From NCBI GenBank assembly GCA_010093995.1, contig ML992502.1, positions 923,001 through 987,000 of the forward strand: DNA of 64,000 nt, written 5' to 3'. Positions 35,933 to 46,201 of the stretch are shown here, piece by piece. The position numbers and the translations under genes are program-made. Position 1 is the first letter of the stretch. Every line of letters starts with the position of its first letter. This DNA comes from Elsinoe ampelina (taxonomy: Eukaryota). The notes below the pieces were generated by a model. It was not told the origin of the DNA. It was given only the letters and a program-made list of their open reading frames with translations, and did not search any database.

Positions 35933-37879
35933 ATGTCCACTTTCCCCAAGGGCAAACCGCTCTTCGTGTGCACAAAGCCACTACGCTTTCGGATACCAGA
36001 ACAAAGCGAAGGATCCAACGTTCAAGATGCTGGCCATCTCCTCTGCGACCGCATTCTCTACTGCTACATCGACCAAGTTACTGACGAACCTACCTGCTTC
36101 TTTCTGGGCAAGACCCTCTTTTCCTCTGACGGAGAACTTTCAGAAATGGCAGACGATGGGCCTCATCCTTATCGAGACGATCTTGATCGCAAAATCAGAT
36201 CCCAGCTCTCCAAAGATCTGCCGCCAAAACAACACACTCTCATCGACGACTTTCTGCTCTGGGACAGAGATTATGAGGCTTGGGCGGCGTTGAAGAAGAA
36301 GGAGAAGGAAGAGAAAGAGGCAAGCAAGGCGGCAAAGACCCGTATCACCACCATACCCACCACCGAGTCGCTCACCGAGCCGACATCGGTCCTACTAGAG
36401 ACGCAGTACACCCAGCAATGGGCAGAGCCAGCTGCATACGACTTTTCCGAGCCAACCCAAGCGGTCACAGAACCCGCCATCGCTCACCCCGAGACCGTCC
36501 CCCCCTCCAACATCATCATGTACCTCCTCACCAGCTTCTACTCCTTCCTCATCACCCTCGCCACCTTCTTCTCCCACCTCTACGCCGCCACCCTCTCCAC
36601 CATCTCCCTCCTCTACCACGCCACCCTCTCCCTCCTCTGGCTCCCCTACATGTCGCTCCGCGGCTACCTTACCGCCCTTCTCAACATCTACTCCCTCCTC
36701 TGGTCCTTCCTCTACCTCACCGCCCTCCTCACCATCCTGTACCTCCTAACCGACACCTTCCGCACCACCATCTACGAGAAACTCTACCCCTCCACCATCC
36801 GCCCCATCCCACCCCCCCTGGTCCCCCACCCAAACGCCGACAACACCTTCCACTTCCCCCGCTGGCAGTACCTCTGGGAAGCCGCCATCGCCTACCTCGG
36901 CGCAAAGGACTACGCCTTCGACATCGACGCCGTCCGCCGCGACCGCCCCTCCACGCTCCGCAGCGTCTACCGCGGCTGCGCAAGCATGATCGCCAACTTG
37001 CTCGCCTGCGCCGCGTACCTCTTCCTCCTCCCCGTCGAGCTGGTCAGGTACGCCCGCTCGTCGGTGCGCTCCGAGGCGACCATGAACCGCCAGCAGTCGC
37101 GAGGGGGTTACGTCGCGCAGGCGGAGGCGAATCGGGACATGGTGGTGGCGATCGCGAGGGCCGGGTGGGAGCGCCTCGGGTGGCCGAGTTGGTGGGCTAC
37201 CATGTACTATATCTGCTGGGCGATTGATTTGGTCGAGCCGGTGGGGGACGGGGCGGCGTGGGTGTGGCATAAGGTGACGCTCCCCTTGAGGGCCTGGAGG
37301 GCGTTCTCGTTCAGGAGGCACGTACTGCGGAAGGGTACGCTGTTGGGTCTGGCGGTTGTGGTGGCGGTGTTCTCGACTTGGATGGCGGCGGCGGGGGGGA
37401 GGCAGGTGCGGGAGTGGTGGGAGGACTACACGGCGTCGTTTGACAGGGGGTTTAGGTTGGAGCATGAGGTGGAGGGGTATGGGGGGTGGTTGCCGACGTG
37501 GGTGGGGGCCGGACCGACGGTCACGGTGCATAGGACGAGCTTGGTGCCGGTGACGGAGACGGAGTTGGGGCAGGTGCGGATGAGCACGAGGTGGGAGACG
37601 GTGAGCGTTACTGTGGTCAAGACGGGAGAGGTGAGGACGAGGATGGTGACGGAGGAGAAGACCAAGACGGAGACGGAGACTGAGACGGAGGTGGTGACGA
37701 GGACGGTCAAGGTTTACTGCCCGTATCATACTGGGGTGGTGGTTGTGAATGAGACAGTTGCGGACGGCAATGCCACGGCGATGGGAGAGCAGGGTGAGAG
37801 GAGGTTTGTGGTTGGCGGTGGCAAGCAATATTGCAAGGAGTGCAAGCAGATTCACTGCTGCGAGCATTCGACGCATTAG
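35933..37879 (+). CDS. Hypothetical multi-pass membrane protein with C-terminal Cys/His cluster
   Basis: Long ORF with first good ATG at 35933, several hydrophobic segments, and a YCPYH...YCKECKQIHCCEH tail. Confidence 0.6.
   Translation: MSTFPKGKPLFVCTKPLRFRIPEQSEGSNVQDAGHLLCDRILYCYIDQVTDEPTCFFLGKTLFSSDGELSEMADDGPHPYRDDLDRKIRSQLSKDLPPKQHTLIDDFLLWDRDYEAWAALKKKEKEEKEASKAAKTRITTIPTTESLTEPTSVLLETQYTQQWAEPAAYDFSEPTQAVTEPAIAHPETVPPSNIIMYLLTSFYSFLITLATFFSHLYAATLSTISLLYHATLSLLWLPYMSLRGYLTALLNIYSLLWSFLYLTALLTILYLLTDTFRTTIYEKLYPSTIRPIPPPLVPHPNADNTFHFPRWQYLWEAAIAYLGAKDYAFDIDAVRRDRPSTLRSVYRGCASMIANLLACAAYLFLLPVELVRYARSSVRSEATMNRQQSRGGYVAQAEANRDMVVAIARAGWERLGWPSWWATMYYICWAIDLVEPVGDGAAWVWHKVTLPLRAWRAFSFRRHVLRKGTLLGLAVVVAVFSTWMAAAGGRQVREWWEDYTASFDRGFRLEHEVEGYGGWLPTWVGAGPTVTVHRTSLVPVTETELGQVRMSTRWETVSVTVVKTGEVRTRMVTEEKTKTETETETEVVTRTVKVYCPYHTGVVVVNETVADGNATAMGEQGERRFVVGGGKQYCKECKQIHCCEHSTH
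36450..37760. other. Skew-inversion domain G (switch ~37040-37100)
   Basis: Strongly G-depleted at 36480-36870 and strongly C-depleted at 37380-37760. Confidence 0.9.
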
Positions 37880-38162
37880 ATGGAGGATGGAGTTTGCGAA
37901 GTCTTTTTTCCGTAGCTTTGGATACCCTGTTGTTCATTCACGGCGTTTGTACATTACTTTCTTCTCCTATGAACATGTTGCGACCAAGTGCGTGGATAGG
38001 CAAAGCTTGGATCCGGTGACGCATCGAGGAATGTGAAATGTGACGGAAGCGGAAGTGCTCAAAAGGACCTACTTTGCTTTGTTCAATAACACCATTGATT
38101 GCCGACTGTTCACTAGAAGACCGCAATGATGGCTTTTACTATGGATATAATCATGACCCAAC

Positions 38163-38942
38163 ATGTCAGACTCAGAGGACTCAGACAGCGACGCTGTCTT
38201 CGACTCGGAGTACGCGATCAGCGAAAGACACACACCACAGCACCGCCGCAACAGCCCCAGCAAAGCCCACGCCCTGTTAGGGATCGAGCCTAAACCTCCA
38301 GCTCAGGTCAAATCGCCCCTCAGAGAGATCTCCAGTCCGAAGGCGCACCTCATCCTGGGTATCGAGGAGAGACCACCCGCACAGAAGCCTTTCACGCCAA
38401 AAACTCACAGCTTCTTCGGGCTCGAGATCAAGTCGCCGACAAAAGAGCAGAGTTCCGCTCTACCGCTTAGACAGTATGATGTGCTCGCGCCAGTCAGGAG
38501 GGTAGACAAGTCCCTCCCACCGAGCCCTTCTTCGAGCATCACGGAGACGCCAGCGGAGATGTATGCAAAGCACTGGGTTAGCGGAGACGAGAGACAAGCG
38601 CGGAGACGGTCGTTGAGGAGAAGTTGGCGATCATACGAATTCCCGGAAGTGAAGCACGAGCATCGTAGCTTTGTGGGTGCGGAAACAGCGGTAGATGAGG
38701 ATGAGATTGAGGATAGCAAGGGTGCCGTCCAGAACTGGCTCAGTTGGATGTCGTCTTTTGCTGCCGATATGAGGTCAGATGAACACGAGCTTGCGCTTGA
38801 AAGCGGCATGTTTTTGGAGGATGACTGGGAGGATGATGAGATCGATGTCGATGATCTTCACTTCTGGCTTGATGGGTACGGCTTCGATAACCCTGCTACA
38901 CAGTCTGATGGCGTCAGACTCCATGACAGTACGTGGATCTGA
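38163..38942 (+). CDS. Hypothetical protein (259 aa), Ser/Pro-rich with internal repeats
   Basis: ORF with three imperfect copies of SPxKAHxxLGIE and an acidic C-terminus. Confidence 0.6.
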   Translation: MSDSEDSDSDAVFDSEYAISERHTPQHRRNSPSKAHALLGIEPKPPAQVKSPLREISSPKAHLILGIEERPPAQKPFTPKTHSFFGLEIKSPTKEQSSALPLRQYDVLAPVRRVDKSLPPSPSSSITETPAEMYAKHWVSGDERQARRRSLRRSWRSYEFPEVKHEHRSFVGAETAVDEDEIEDSKGAVQNWLSWMSSFAADMRSDEHELALESGMFLEDDWEDDEIDVDDLHFWLDGYGFDNPATQSDGVRLHDSTWI

Positions 38943-39873
38943 GTACTTGAATCCAGGACCAGAGCATAGATGTGATCCTGTACATAATAGATAGCTTTCT
39001 TTTTCCATGACCGACATGTGCGACACCTCATAGAGTCCCCAGGCAAAGCCAAATATGTATGACAATGGCATATGGAGATTGAAGCACGAGGGCATATGTG
39101 ACCCCCTATGCGTTTCCTCAGCATTAGCAACCATGCTTTGTCGAATGTCTTGCGTCAGTAGATTTCTGACGACGGAGACAGGACATCTTGCTCATACTTC
39201 GATTAGACCTACCAAGAGTCGGGTGCTGTATGAGAGAAGCAGGGTCGGGGCCACAAGACCTCCCCACCAAGTTCTGTATACCCCTGTTCGTGAGGTAAAG
39301 ACGAGAGGTGTTCATGAACGCCTTCAGTGTATTGACGATGGGGGTCGGCACGGAGAACCAGAGGTCAACGTTTTAGGCCTCCCAGGCTTGGTCCAATTCA
39401 GATACCTCCCAGCTGTCAACGAGGAACGCGAATTTGTCCATCCTTACGGGCCGCCATGCAGGCCCTACAAGGCTCGACAAAGGGGAGACCCAACGTCCTG
39501 TTTACGCATCGCAGTCCAAGCGAGACAGCTTGCGCTGGCGCTGTCGACAGCGATCGAAGACGGGTGGAGATATGGAGACAAGTAGGTTGTGGTCCTCCCT
39601 CGGAATGCGGATATTGGAAAGGCCCGACGGCCAGCAGAGATGATATACCAGCGACAGTCTGCAGACGGTGTAAGTTATTGTTGTCAGCATCAGAAGGGTT
39701 TCTCAATGTCATTGCTGCATATATGGCTCGTCGTTCCAGAGAAATAGATTTGAGCCAGGTGACGTTCTGCGCCAAGCCGGCTCATCCCACTCCACTTCTC
39801 TCCGCAGCCTGTTGCTCATGCATCCGCCGCAAGACTTACGACCTACCTTTTCTTGAGCTTAGGCTTCGCTATC

Positions 39874-40328
39874 ATGCTGTTCTTCAGGTGCGCTTGCAAC
39901 CATTCCGTATCCAATGTCGCGTATGCTGACAGCCACCGAGCTTCTTTAAGACCCTGGTCAACCACGAAGTCACCGTAGAGCTCAAGAATGATCTATCGAT
40001 TCGAGGGGTGCTTAAATCAGTGGATCAGTACCTCAACATCAAGCTTGATGATATAGTGGTTCTTCAGGACATTCAGTACCCTCATCTGGTGCGTCGCATG
40101 GTCTGTAGCCTGTCCAGTGCTGATTTTCTCCTAGTCGTCGGTCAAGAACGTCTTCATCAGGGGATCTGTGGTGCGATACGTACATCTGCCTGCGGGAGCT
40201 GTCGATATCCCTCTGCTCGAGGACGCGACGAGAAGAGGTACCGAACATTCAAAACCGCAAGGGGCTTAGTGCAGCGCTGACACAAAGTAGAAGCGGCACA
40301 GACATCGGCCAAAGCCAAGCAGGGTTGA
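39874..40328 (+). CDS. LSM2: U6 snRNA-associated Sm-like protein LSm2
   Basis: MLFFSFFKTLVNHEVTVELKND...SVDQYLNIKL...VKNVFIRGSVVRYVHLP. Three introns. Confidence 0.95.
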
Positions 40329-40892
40329 GATATGACAGTCATGTCGCTATGAGCAAGGAAACAAGAAAATTGAATCGCGAGTTGAGTCTTTGTGAGAGCC
40401 CACGAAGGCGACGTAGGATTGCGGCAGACCCCGCCAGGAAGCGACCGCATACCGCCAGACTGAGAGCGGGGACACGCGAATCACGCCACGGTCGATGCAC
40501 AGAAAGCGGCATGCTCATTCGAACGTCACGGGGGTCACCGATTGTCTTGACAATCGGGGTCCGGATGTTCAGGGGATGACAGAGGCCTATCTCGGTCGAA
40601 GCAATTGGCAGCCTTGACGTTCCGCTGCAAACCTCCCCGTACGACAGGAACCTAACGTGGGGCGATAAAGCATATATTTGACTGCTCCAAGACTCATGGA
40701 ATCATGGTTTACTACTCACGGTCCTGCTATGCTGTCGCGTGCTTTGTGAAAGATATGTCTTGGCAAAACGCGGATCACTTTCCGCGCGCAGCGTGAATCT
40801 TCAACCCCTCCGGCATCAGTCCTCCTACTATACGTTTAACACTAACGCATTTCTGCCAAATCCGAACGATGAGCTAGCTTAACCATATTCCC

Positions 40893-43658
40893 ATGTTCCG
40901 TAATCCGCGAGAGAACATCGCCAGACCGCCCGGAGAGTACGTTGCGCCTTCCGTCGGCCGCCCCCCTTCGCCACCCTCAGCGGCGAGCGAGAAACCACGA
41001 GTATTATACGATCATGCTCCCGCACCCCGACCCATGATGGCAGCAGTATCGAGTACATTGCCGACGATCGGACGAGGCAGCACTACCCCACGCAAAGGCA
41101 ATGCCGCCACCAACAACAAGACAAAGGGCAAGCCAAATGGTAGCATCTTGTCCTTCTTCAAGAAGGCGGAAGAGGAGAACGAGGAGCTCTTCGTGAAGAC
41201 GAAAGATGCGGCTAAGAGGAGCGAGAGTAGTCCGTGGTTCGGCAAGCCTGCTGCGGAGAACAACAATGTGCAGGGAGACAGGTTTCAGGAACACGGAACT
41301 GCCGTGAAGAGGAGGAAGCTGGACCACACTGCGATCGACCCGGTGGAGGATGGCTTGTCAAGAGATGCGTCTCGTCTGCCCGATGTTGCGGTCGCGCCAG
41401 AGACAGTCGTTAAGCGTTCCACCTCCGCCCGCAAGCCTGCAGGTGTCTTCGTCGAGGATGACAGCGATGAGGAGGGCGAGGAGCCGGTAGAGGAAGCTGG
41501 TATCCAGGATGCAGAGAAGACTCCAGTAGTCATCACGGAGGACTTGTCAAGGGCTGACCCGGAAACCGCACAAGCAGAAGCGATTGAGGTTCAAGACGTC
41601 ACGGAGCAGGACAAAGCACCTGAGCCACCATCGCTCACACGAGAGCAGACCAGCATGACTGCTGGGGGTGACTTCGCTGACTTTGAGGAACTCGGCGACT
41701 TTGACGAAGACATGTTCGAGGAGGGAGACGAATTTGCAGAAAGACGATTCATGGAGGAACAAGCACAACTGGAAGCTGAGATGGACGAAGTTGACCTTTC
41801 AAATGGCACACTGGAATCCGTTCCTACGGACGGACTAGCTACCGAATGCTCCGAGATATCGGATGCGCCGACCTGCCCGATATGCAGTATTTCGATGGCT
41901 GGAGTGTCTGATGAGCAGGCTGGGATACATGTCAACAATTGCCTGGATGGAAACCCAACGCCACTGCCACAGACAGCACCTGGTCAAGCGAAGGTCGAGC
42001 TCAAGTCGGAGGTGGCTGAGCTGAAGTACGAGGCGCCAAAAGCTGCGGATCGATTTCGAAAAGTACCGAGAGCTCCGAAACCAGGTCAGGCTAACCCGTT
42101 CGTGCTCGGAGAGAAGACTGCCAAACCTGGATCTGCCTTTTCGAAGCTCATGTCTGGACACGCCGAGGATGCTGCATGGGCTGATGCCGCTGCTGCGGAA
42201 AAAGACTCGCGTGGCAAACCAGCTTACACCAGGACGTGCCCTTTCTACAAGATCATGCCGGGCTTCAACATTTGCGTCGACGCCTTCCGGTATGGTGCTG
42301 TCGAGGGCTGCAAAGCCTACTTTTTGTCGCATTTCCACAGTGATCACTACATCGGTCTGACGTCTCACTGGAGCCATGGGCCGATATATTGCAGTAAAGT
42401 CACTGCGAATCTCGTCAAGCAACAGCTTCGTGTTGATCCACAATACGTCATCGCCCTCGACTGGGAGACCAAGGTCGAGGTGCCTGGTACTAAAGGTGTC
42501 AGTGTCACCATGATCTCTGCCAACCACTGTCCAGGCTCCTCTTTGTTCCTCTTTGAGAAGGTCATTGGCAAAGGAGCCAATCCCAAGATGCAGCGCGTGT
42601 TGCACTGTGGCGATTTCCGAGCCTGCAGAGCTCACATTGAACATCCTCTTCTCCGACCCGATGTCATTGATGCCGTCTCGGGGAAGAGAAAGGATCAGAA
42701 GATTGATATCTGCTATCTGGATAGCACTTATCTCGCAGCCCGATGGGCATTTCCATCACAGGAGAAGGTCATCAAGGCTTGCGCAGATATGTGTGTATCG
42801 CTGTCCAAGGTACGTGCGGACGCCTCAGACGGCTGGGAGACCATGAAGCGTGAGCGAGCGGGTGCCGGTATGGTAAAGTTCGTCAAGAAAGAGTCAGAAG
42901 AGGTCGCCGTCAAGCAGGAAGACCCTGACGCCGTTGCCATCAAGCAAGAGTTCCAGGAGGACGCGGAAGATGTGGAAGATTCGAAGACCAACCTAGATGC
43001 CATGACAGTCATGAAGAAGGCTAACGAGAAACATCGTGGGCGGCTTCTAGTCGTTGTCGGTACATACAGTATCGGCAAAGAGCGTATATGTCTAGGCATT
43101 GCCAGGGCACTCAAAAGCAAGATCTTCGCCCCTACAGGCAAACGGCGTATTATCAAGGCATTGGAAGATCCAGAGTTATCAGAGCTCATGACGGATGATC
43201 CAACAGAGGCTCAGATCCACATGACACCGCTCTTTGAGATCAGAGCCGACACTCTGGACGATTATCTCAAGGACTACAAGGATCATTTCTCACGTGCCGT
43301 TGGCTTCAGACCATCAGGTTGGAATTACAAACCTCCCAATTCGAGATTCACAGACTCGCCGTCTGTAAGCACTGTACTTCATTCAGGCAATTGGAAGTCT
43401 GATTTCAGCATGAAAGATCTGGTTCCGCAGCGTGGCTCCACCAGCAGGGCAAGCTGCTTCGGCGTACCTTACAGCGAGCACAGTAGCTTCAGGGAGCTGA
43501 CTATGTTCTGCTGCGCTTTGAGGATTGAGAAGATCATCCCTACGGTCAACGTTGGAAGCGCGAAGAGCAGAGAGAAGATGAAGCAGTGGTGTGAGAAGTG
43601 GGCTATGGAGAGAAAGAAGAAAGGATTGTTCAAACTCAAGGAAGGAGAGGAGTGGTAG
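40893..43658 (+). CDS. PSO2: DNA cross-link repair nuclease Pso2/Snm1 (beta-CASP) with UBZ finger
   Basis: CPIC...HVNNCLD, FLSHFHSDHYIGL, ANHCPGS, LHCGDFR and VPYSEHSSF motifs. True start uncertain. Confidence 0.93.
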   Translation: MFRNPRENIARPPGEYVAPSVGRPPSPPSAASEKPRVLYDHAPAPRPMMAAVSSTLPTIGRGSTTPRKGNAATNNKTKGKPNGSILSFFKKAEEENEELFVKTKDAAKRSESSPWFGKPAAENNNVQGDRFQEHGTAVKRRKLDHTAIDPVEDGLSRDASRLPDVAVAPETVVKRSTSARKPAGVFVEDDSDEEGEEPVEEAGIQDAEKTPVVITEDLSRADPETAQAEAIEVQDVTEQDKAPEPPSLTREQTSMTAGGDFADFEELGDFDEDMFEEGDEFAERRFMEEQAQLEAEMDEVDLSNGTLESVPTDGLATECSEISDAPTCPICSISMAGVSDEQAGIHVNNCLDGNPTPLPQTAPGQAKVELKSEVAELKYEAPKAADRFRKVPRAPKPGQANPFVLGEKTAKPGSAFSKLMSGHAEDAAWADAAAAEKDSRGKPAYTRTCPFYKIMPGFNICVDAFRYGAVEGCKAYFLSHFHSDHYIGLTSHWSHGPIYCSKVTANLVKQQLRVDPQYVIALDWETKVEVPGTKGVSVTMISANHCPGSSLFLFEKVIGKGANPKMQRVLHCGDFRACRAHIEHPLLRPDVIDAVSGKRKDQKIDICYLDSTYLAARWAFPSQEKVIKACADMCVSLSKVRADASDGWETMKRERAGAGMVKFVKKESEEVAVKQEDPDAVAIKQEFQEDAEDVEDSKTNLDAMTVMKKANEKHRGRLLVVVGTYSIGKERICLGIARALKSKIFAPTGKRRIIKALEDPELSELMTDDPTEAQIHMTPLFEIRADTLDDYLKDYKDHFSRAVGFRPSGWNYKPPNSRFTDSPSVSTVLHSGNWKSDFSMKDLVPQRGSTSRASCFGVPYSEHSSFRELTMFCCALRIEKIIPTVNVGSAKSREKMKQWCEKWAMERKKKGLFKLKEGEEW

Positions 43659-44191
43659 ATAACATGAACGACGTTTGGCTTCCCGAAGTTACCTGTCAAA
43701 CACAACCCTTGGGCGCCACATGTATAAAATAACATGTACAACTTCCGTAAGTGCCCGTATGCCTCTTTTAACGACGTTTCACATCATGTTGACTTGTGTG
43801 GGGAGAGAAAGAGATTGATTACTGCCTGATCCACCAAAATTAGGTGGATTCTCCCTATATAAATACTCAACCTGATAAACTAAGAGATAAATGAATTGAC
43901 AGAACTCCTAAGCTTCAACAGAATAAGACAATAACTGTCTAAATTGATTATGAATTGGTATAACCGTTGATAAGTGCTTAGTTCAACCTTAGGTACACTG
44001 AATCAGGGTCCTTCTTGGCACCACAGCTCTTGCCGAGGTTGACACATCATTTTGATCACGTGACATCTCGTTGAATTGCGGATCTAGCGATATGGAATAC
44101 CGTGAAAAATTCCCGCGGAGCTATGCGACTTTTCCATCTCGCGCCTCATTGCTACAAGTGATACCTAACATCCTTTCCTGCCCAAATAATC

Positions 44192-45432
44192 ATGTAAGTC
44201 TTTCTGTTTCATCTCTTACAACTCTTTTTAATGATAATCAGGTTTCTCCTCCGACGTGCCGCTGCACGCGGTCTTCAGACCAAGTCGCTGGTCTTCCAGT
44301 CCTCTACCCGTACCTACATCGCCTCATCCGCACTCGTCACACGATTACAACCACAGATCAGGCAACAATGGGCACAAAGAAGACTCTACAGCGACGAAGC
44401 TGAGAAGTCGAAGAGCAACGAGTCGCCCGCAGAGGCGGAGGGTGGAGAAACCGTGACGACAGAGCCTTCCGTCGCGGAGCAGGAGTCAGAGATTGCGGAG
44501 GAGTCGATCGCTACATCTGAGGTCACAGAGGACGCTCAGTCTTCTGAGCCTGCTGTTTCGAGCGAGTCCAACCCCATGGGCATGGAACCTGGTGATGCTG
44601 CACCCGAGCCGGAGCATACATCAGCGGACACATCTTCTGCAGCCGAGACCGCGTCTTCCACTGTCGAAACGATCCAGGAGAAGGCTGGCGATGCTCTCGA
44701 GGCTGTCTCAGACGCCGCCTCTGGTGCTGCCACCGCCGCCACCGAAGCGTTCAGGGGCCGTGGCGACAGGGGAGCCCCCGAACCCAGCAAGATCTTGTAC
44801 TGTGGTAATCTCTTCTTCGATCTCACACCCGAGAGACTGAAGGCTGCCTTTGAGCCATACGGAAACGTCGTCAACTGCAAGATCGTCACCGATTCAAGCG
44901 GACTCAGCAAGGGGTAAGTTCTGTCCTTGATGTCAGCTACCTATGGGGCGACACCACACTTCTACATCTTCTACATGTCGTCTATCATGATACAGTCGCT
45001 GACAGTCTCAGATTCGGTTACGTCGAGTTCGAAAACCTGGACGAGGCAACCCGCGCCGTTCAAAACCTGGACCAAACCGAGCTCGAGGGTCGACGACTAG
45101 CATGCCAGTACCATGTGAGGCGCCAACGGACCAACAAGCCTACGGGCCCGAGCAATCCCCCGTCCAAGACCCTCTTCATCGGCAACATGTCGTTCCAGAT
45201 GTCGGACAAGGACCTGAACGACCTCTTCCGCCAGGTCAAGAACGTACTCGACGTTAGAGTCGCGATTGACCGCCGCACGGGCCAGCCGCGTGGGTTCAGT
45301 CATGCAGACTTCACAGACATTGCCAGCGCTGAGAAGGCTAAGGCGTACTTGCAATCTCGCGTAATTTATGGTCGACAGTTGAAAGTCGACTTTGGTGTCT
45401 CCAGCTCCTCCTCCAGGCAGCGACAGGGCTGA
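44192..45432 (+). CDS. Two-RRM RNA-binding protein, probably mitochondrial
   Basis: Start codon split by intron 44194-44241 (AT|G), giving MFLLRRAAARGL. Second intron 44914-45011. RNP motifs LYCGNL/KGFGYVEF and LFIGNM/RGFSHADF. Confidence 0.85.
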
Positions 45433-46201
45433 GAGCGGTCTGTGCGGGGGACGAGGGGATAGAGGAAAAGCTGCTCTACAAGCCTGATGCAAAATCGAAT
45501 CGGGAGCGTGTCATGGCGTCGAGGGAGGGCTGTCTGAGGGCGGCGGAGCGGGGCGGAAGTTGGGAGGCGGAGAAAGCTGCCAAGACTTTTCGCCACCCGG
45601 AACTGATACCCCCAGCGAAGTCTTGTACATGTAGCATATACTAAGAGGCACGGGGTAGCAAGAAAGAAGGGAAGGTGTTGGGGGCTGGTCTCATTGGACT
45701 TGATCGAGGGTGCCGCGCTTTCACTATGTAGTATTCAACCACAAATCACTTCTCCACTTATTTTTGTCACAATCTTTCATCCATTTGGTACACATGTTCA
45801 TCACGCTTGTATCATCACCAGAGTTTGAAATTATTCTATATATAAATACGTGTGCTGGTAGTATGTGATGGTCCTCCCGCTCAGGGGCATGCCCCGAAAA
45901 AAGGGGTCAGCTCCACAAGCTTCGGAGCTCTTCCGCGGGCGTCTTGTCTTGGCTGCCAGCTGTTACATTTCACGCGCAGCACGGCAGCTCAAAAACCCCC
46001 CAACAGAGCTATAATTTCTTCTGTCCTGCTATTTTGAATCATCAATTGATGAGCAGCAAGGCCTCCTGACCTGCTCCATCAGTTTCATTTCTTTCCGATC
46101 TTTTTCCGTCAGGTGCTGCCCAACTACCAGCTCGACGTTCAAATCTGGTCCAGAACCACGACACAGAGCTCACTGCTCGCGAATCTTGACTTAGGGCAAT
46201 C

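Noticed and set aside
36280..37876. Long alternative-frame and antisense ORFs (also at 12710-13555, 21793-22536 and 55634-56578)
   Set aside because: Expected by-product of stop-codon depletion in GC-rich skewed domains.
39055..39800. Several overlapping 75-176 aa ORFs upstream of LSM2
   Set aside because: No consistent gene model or homology could be recognised.
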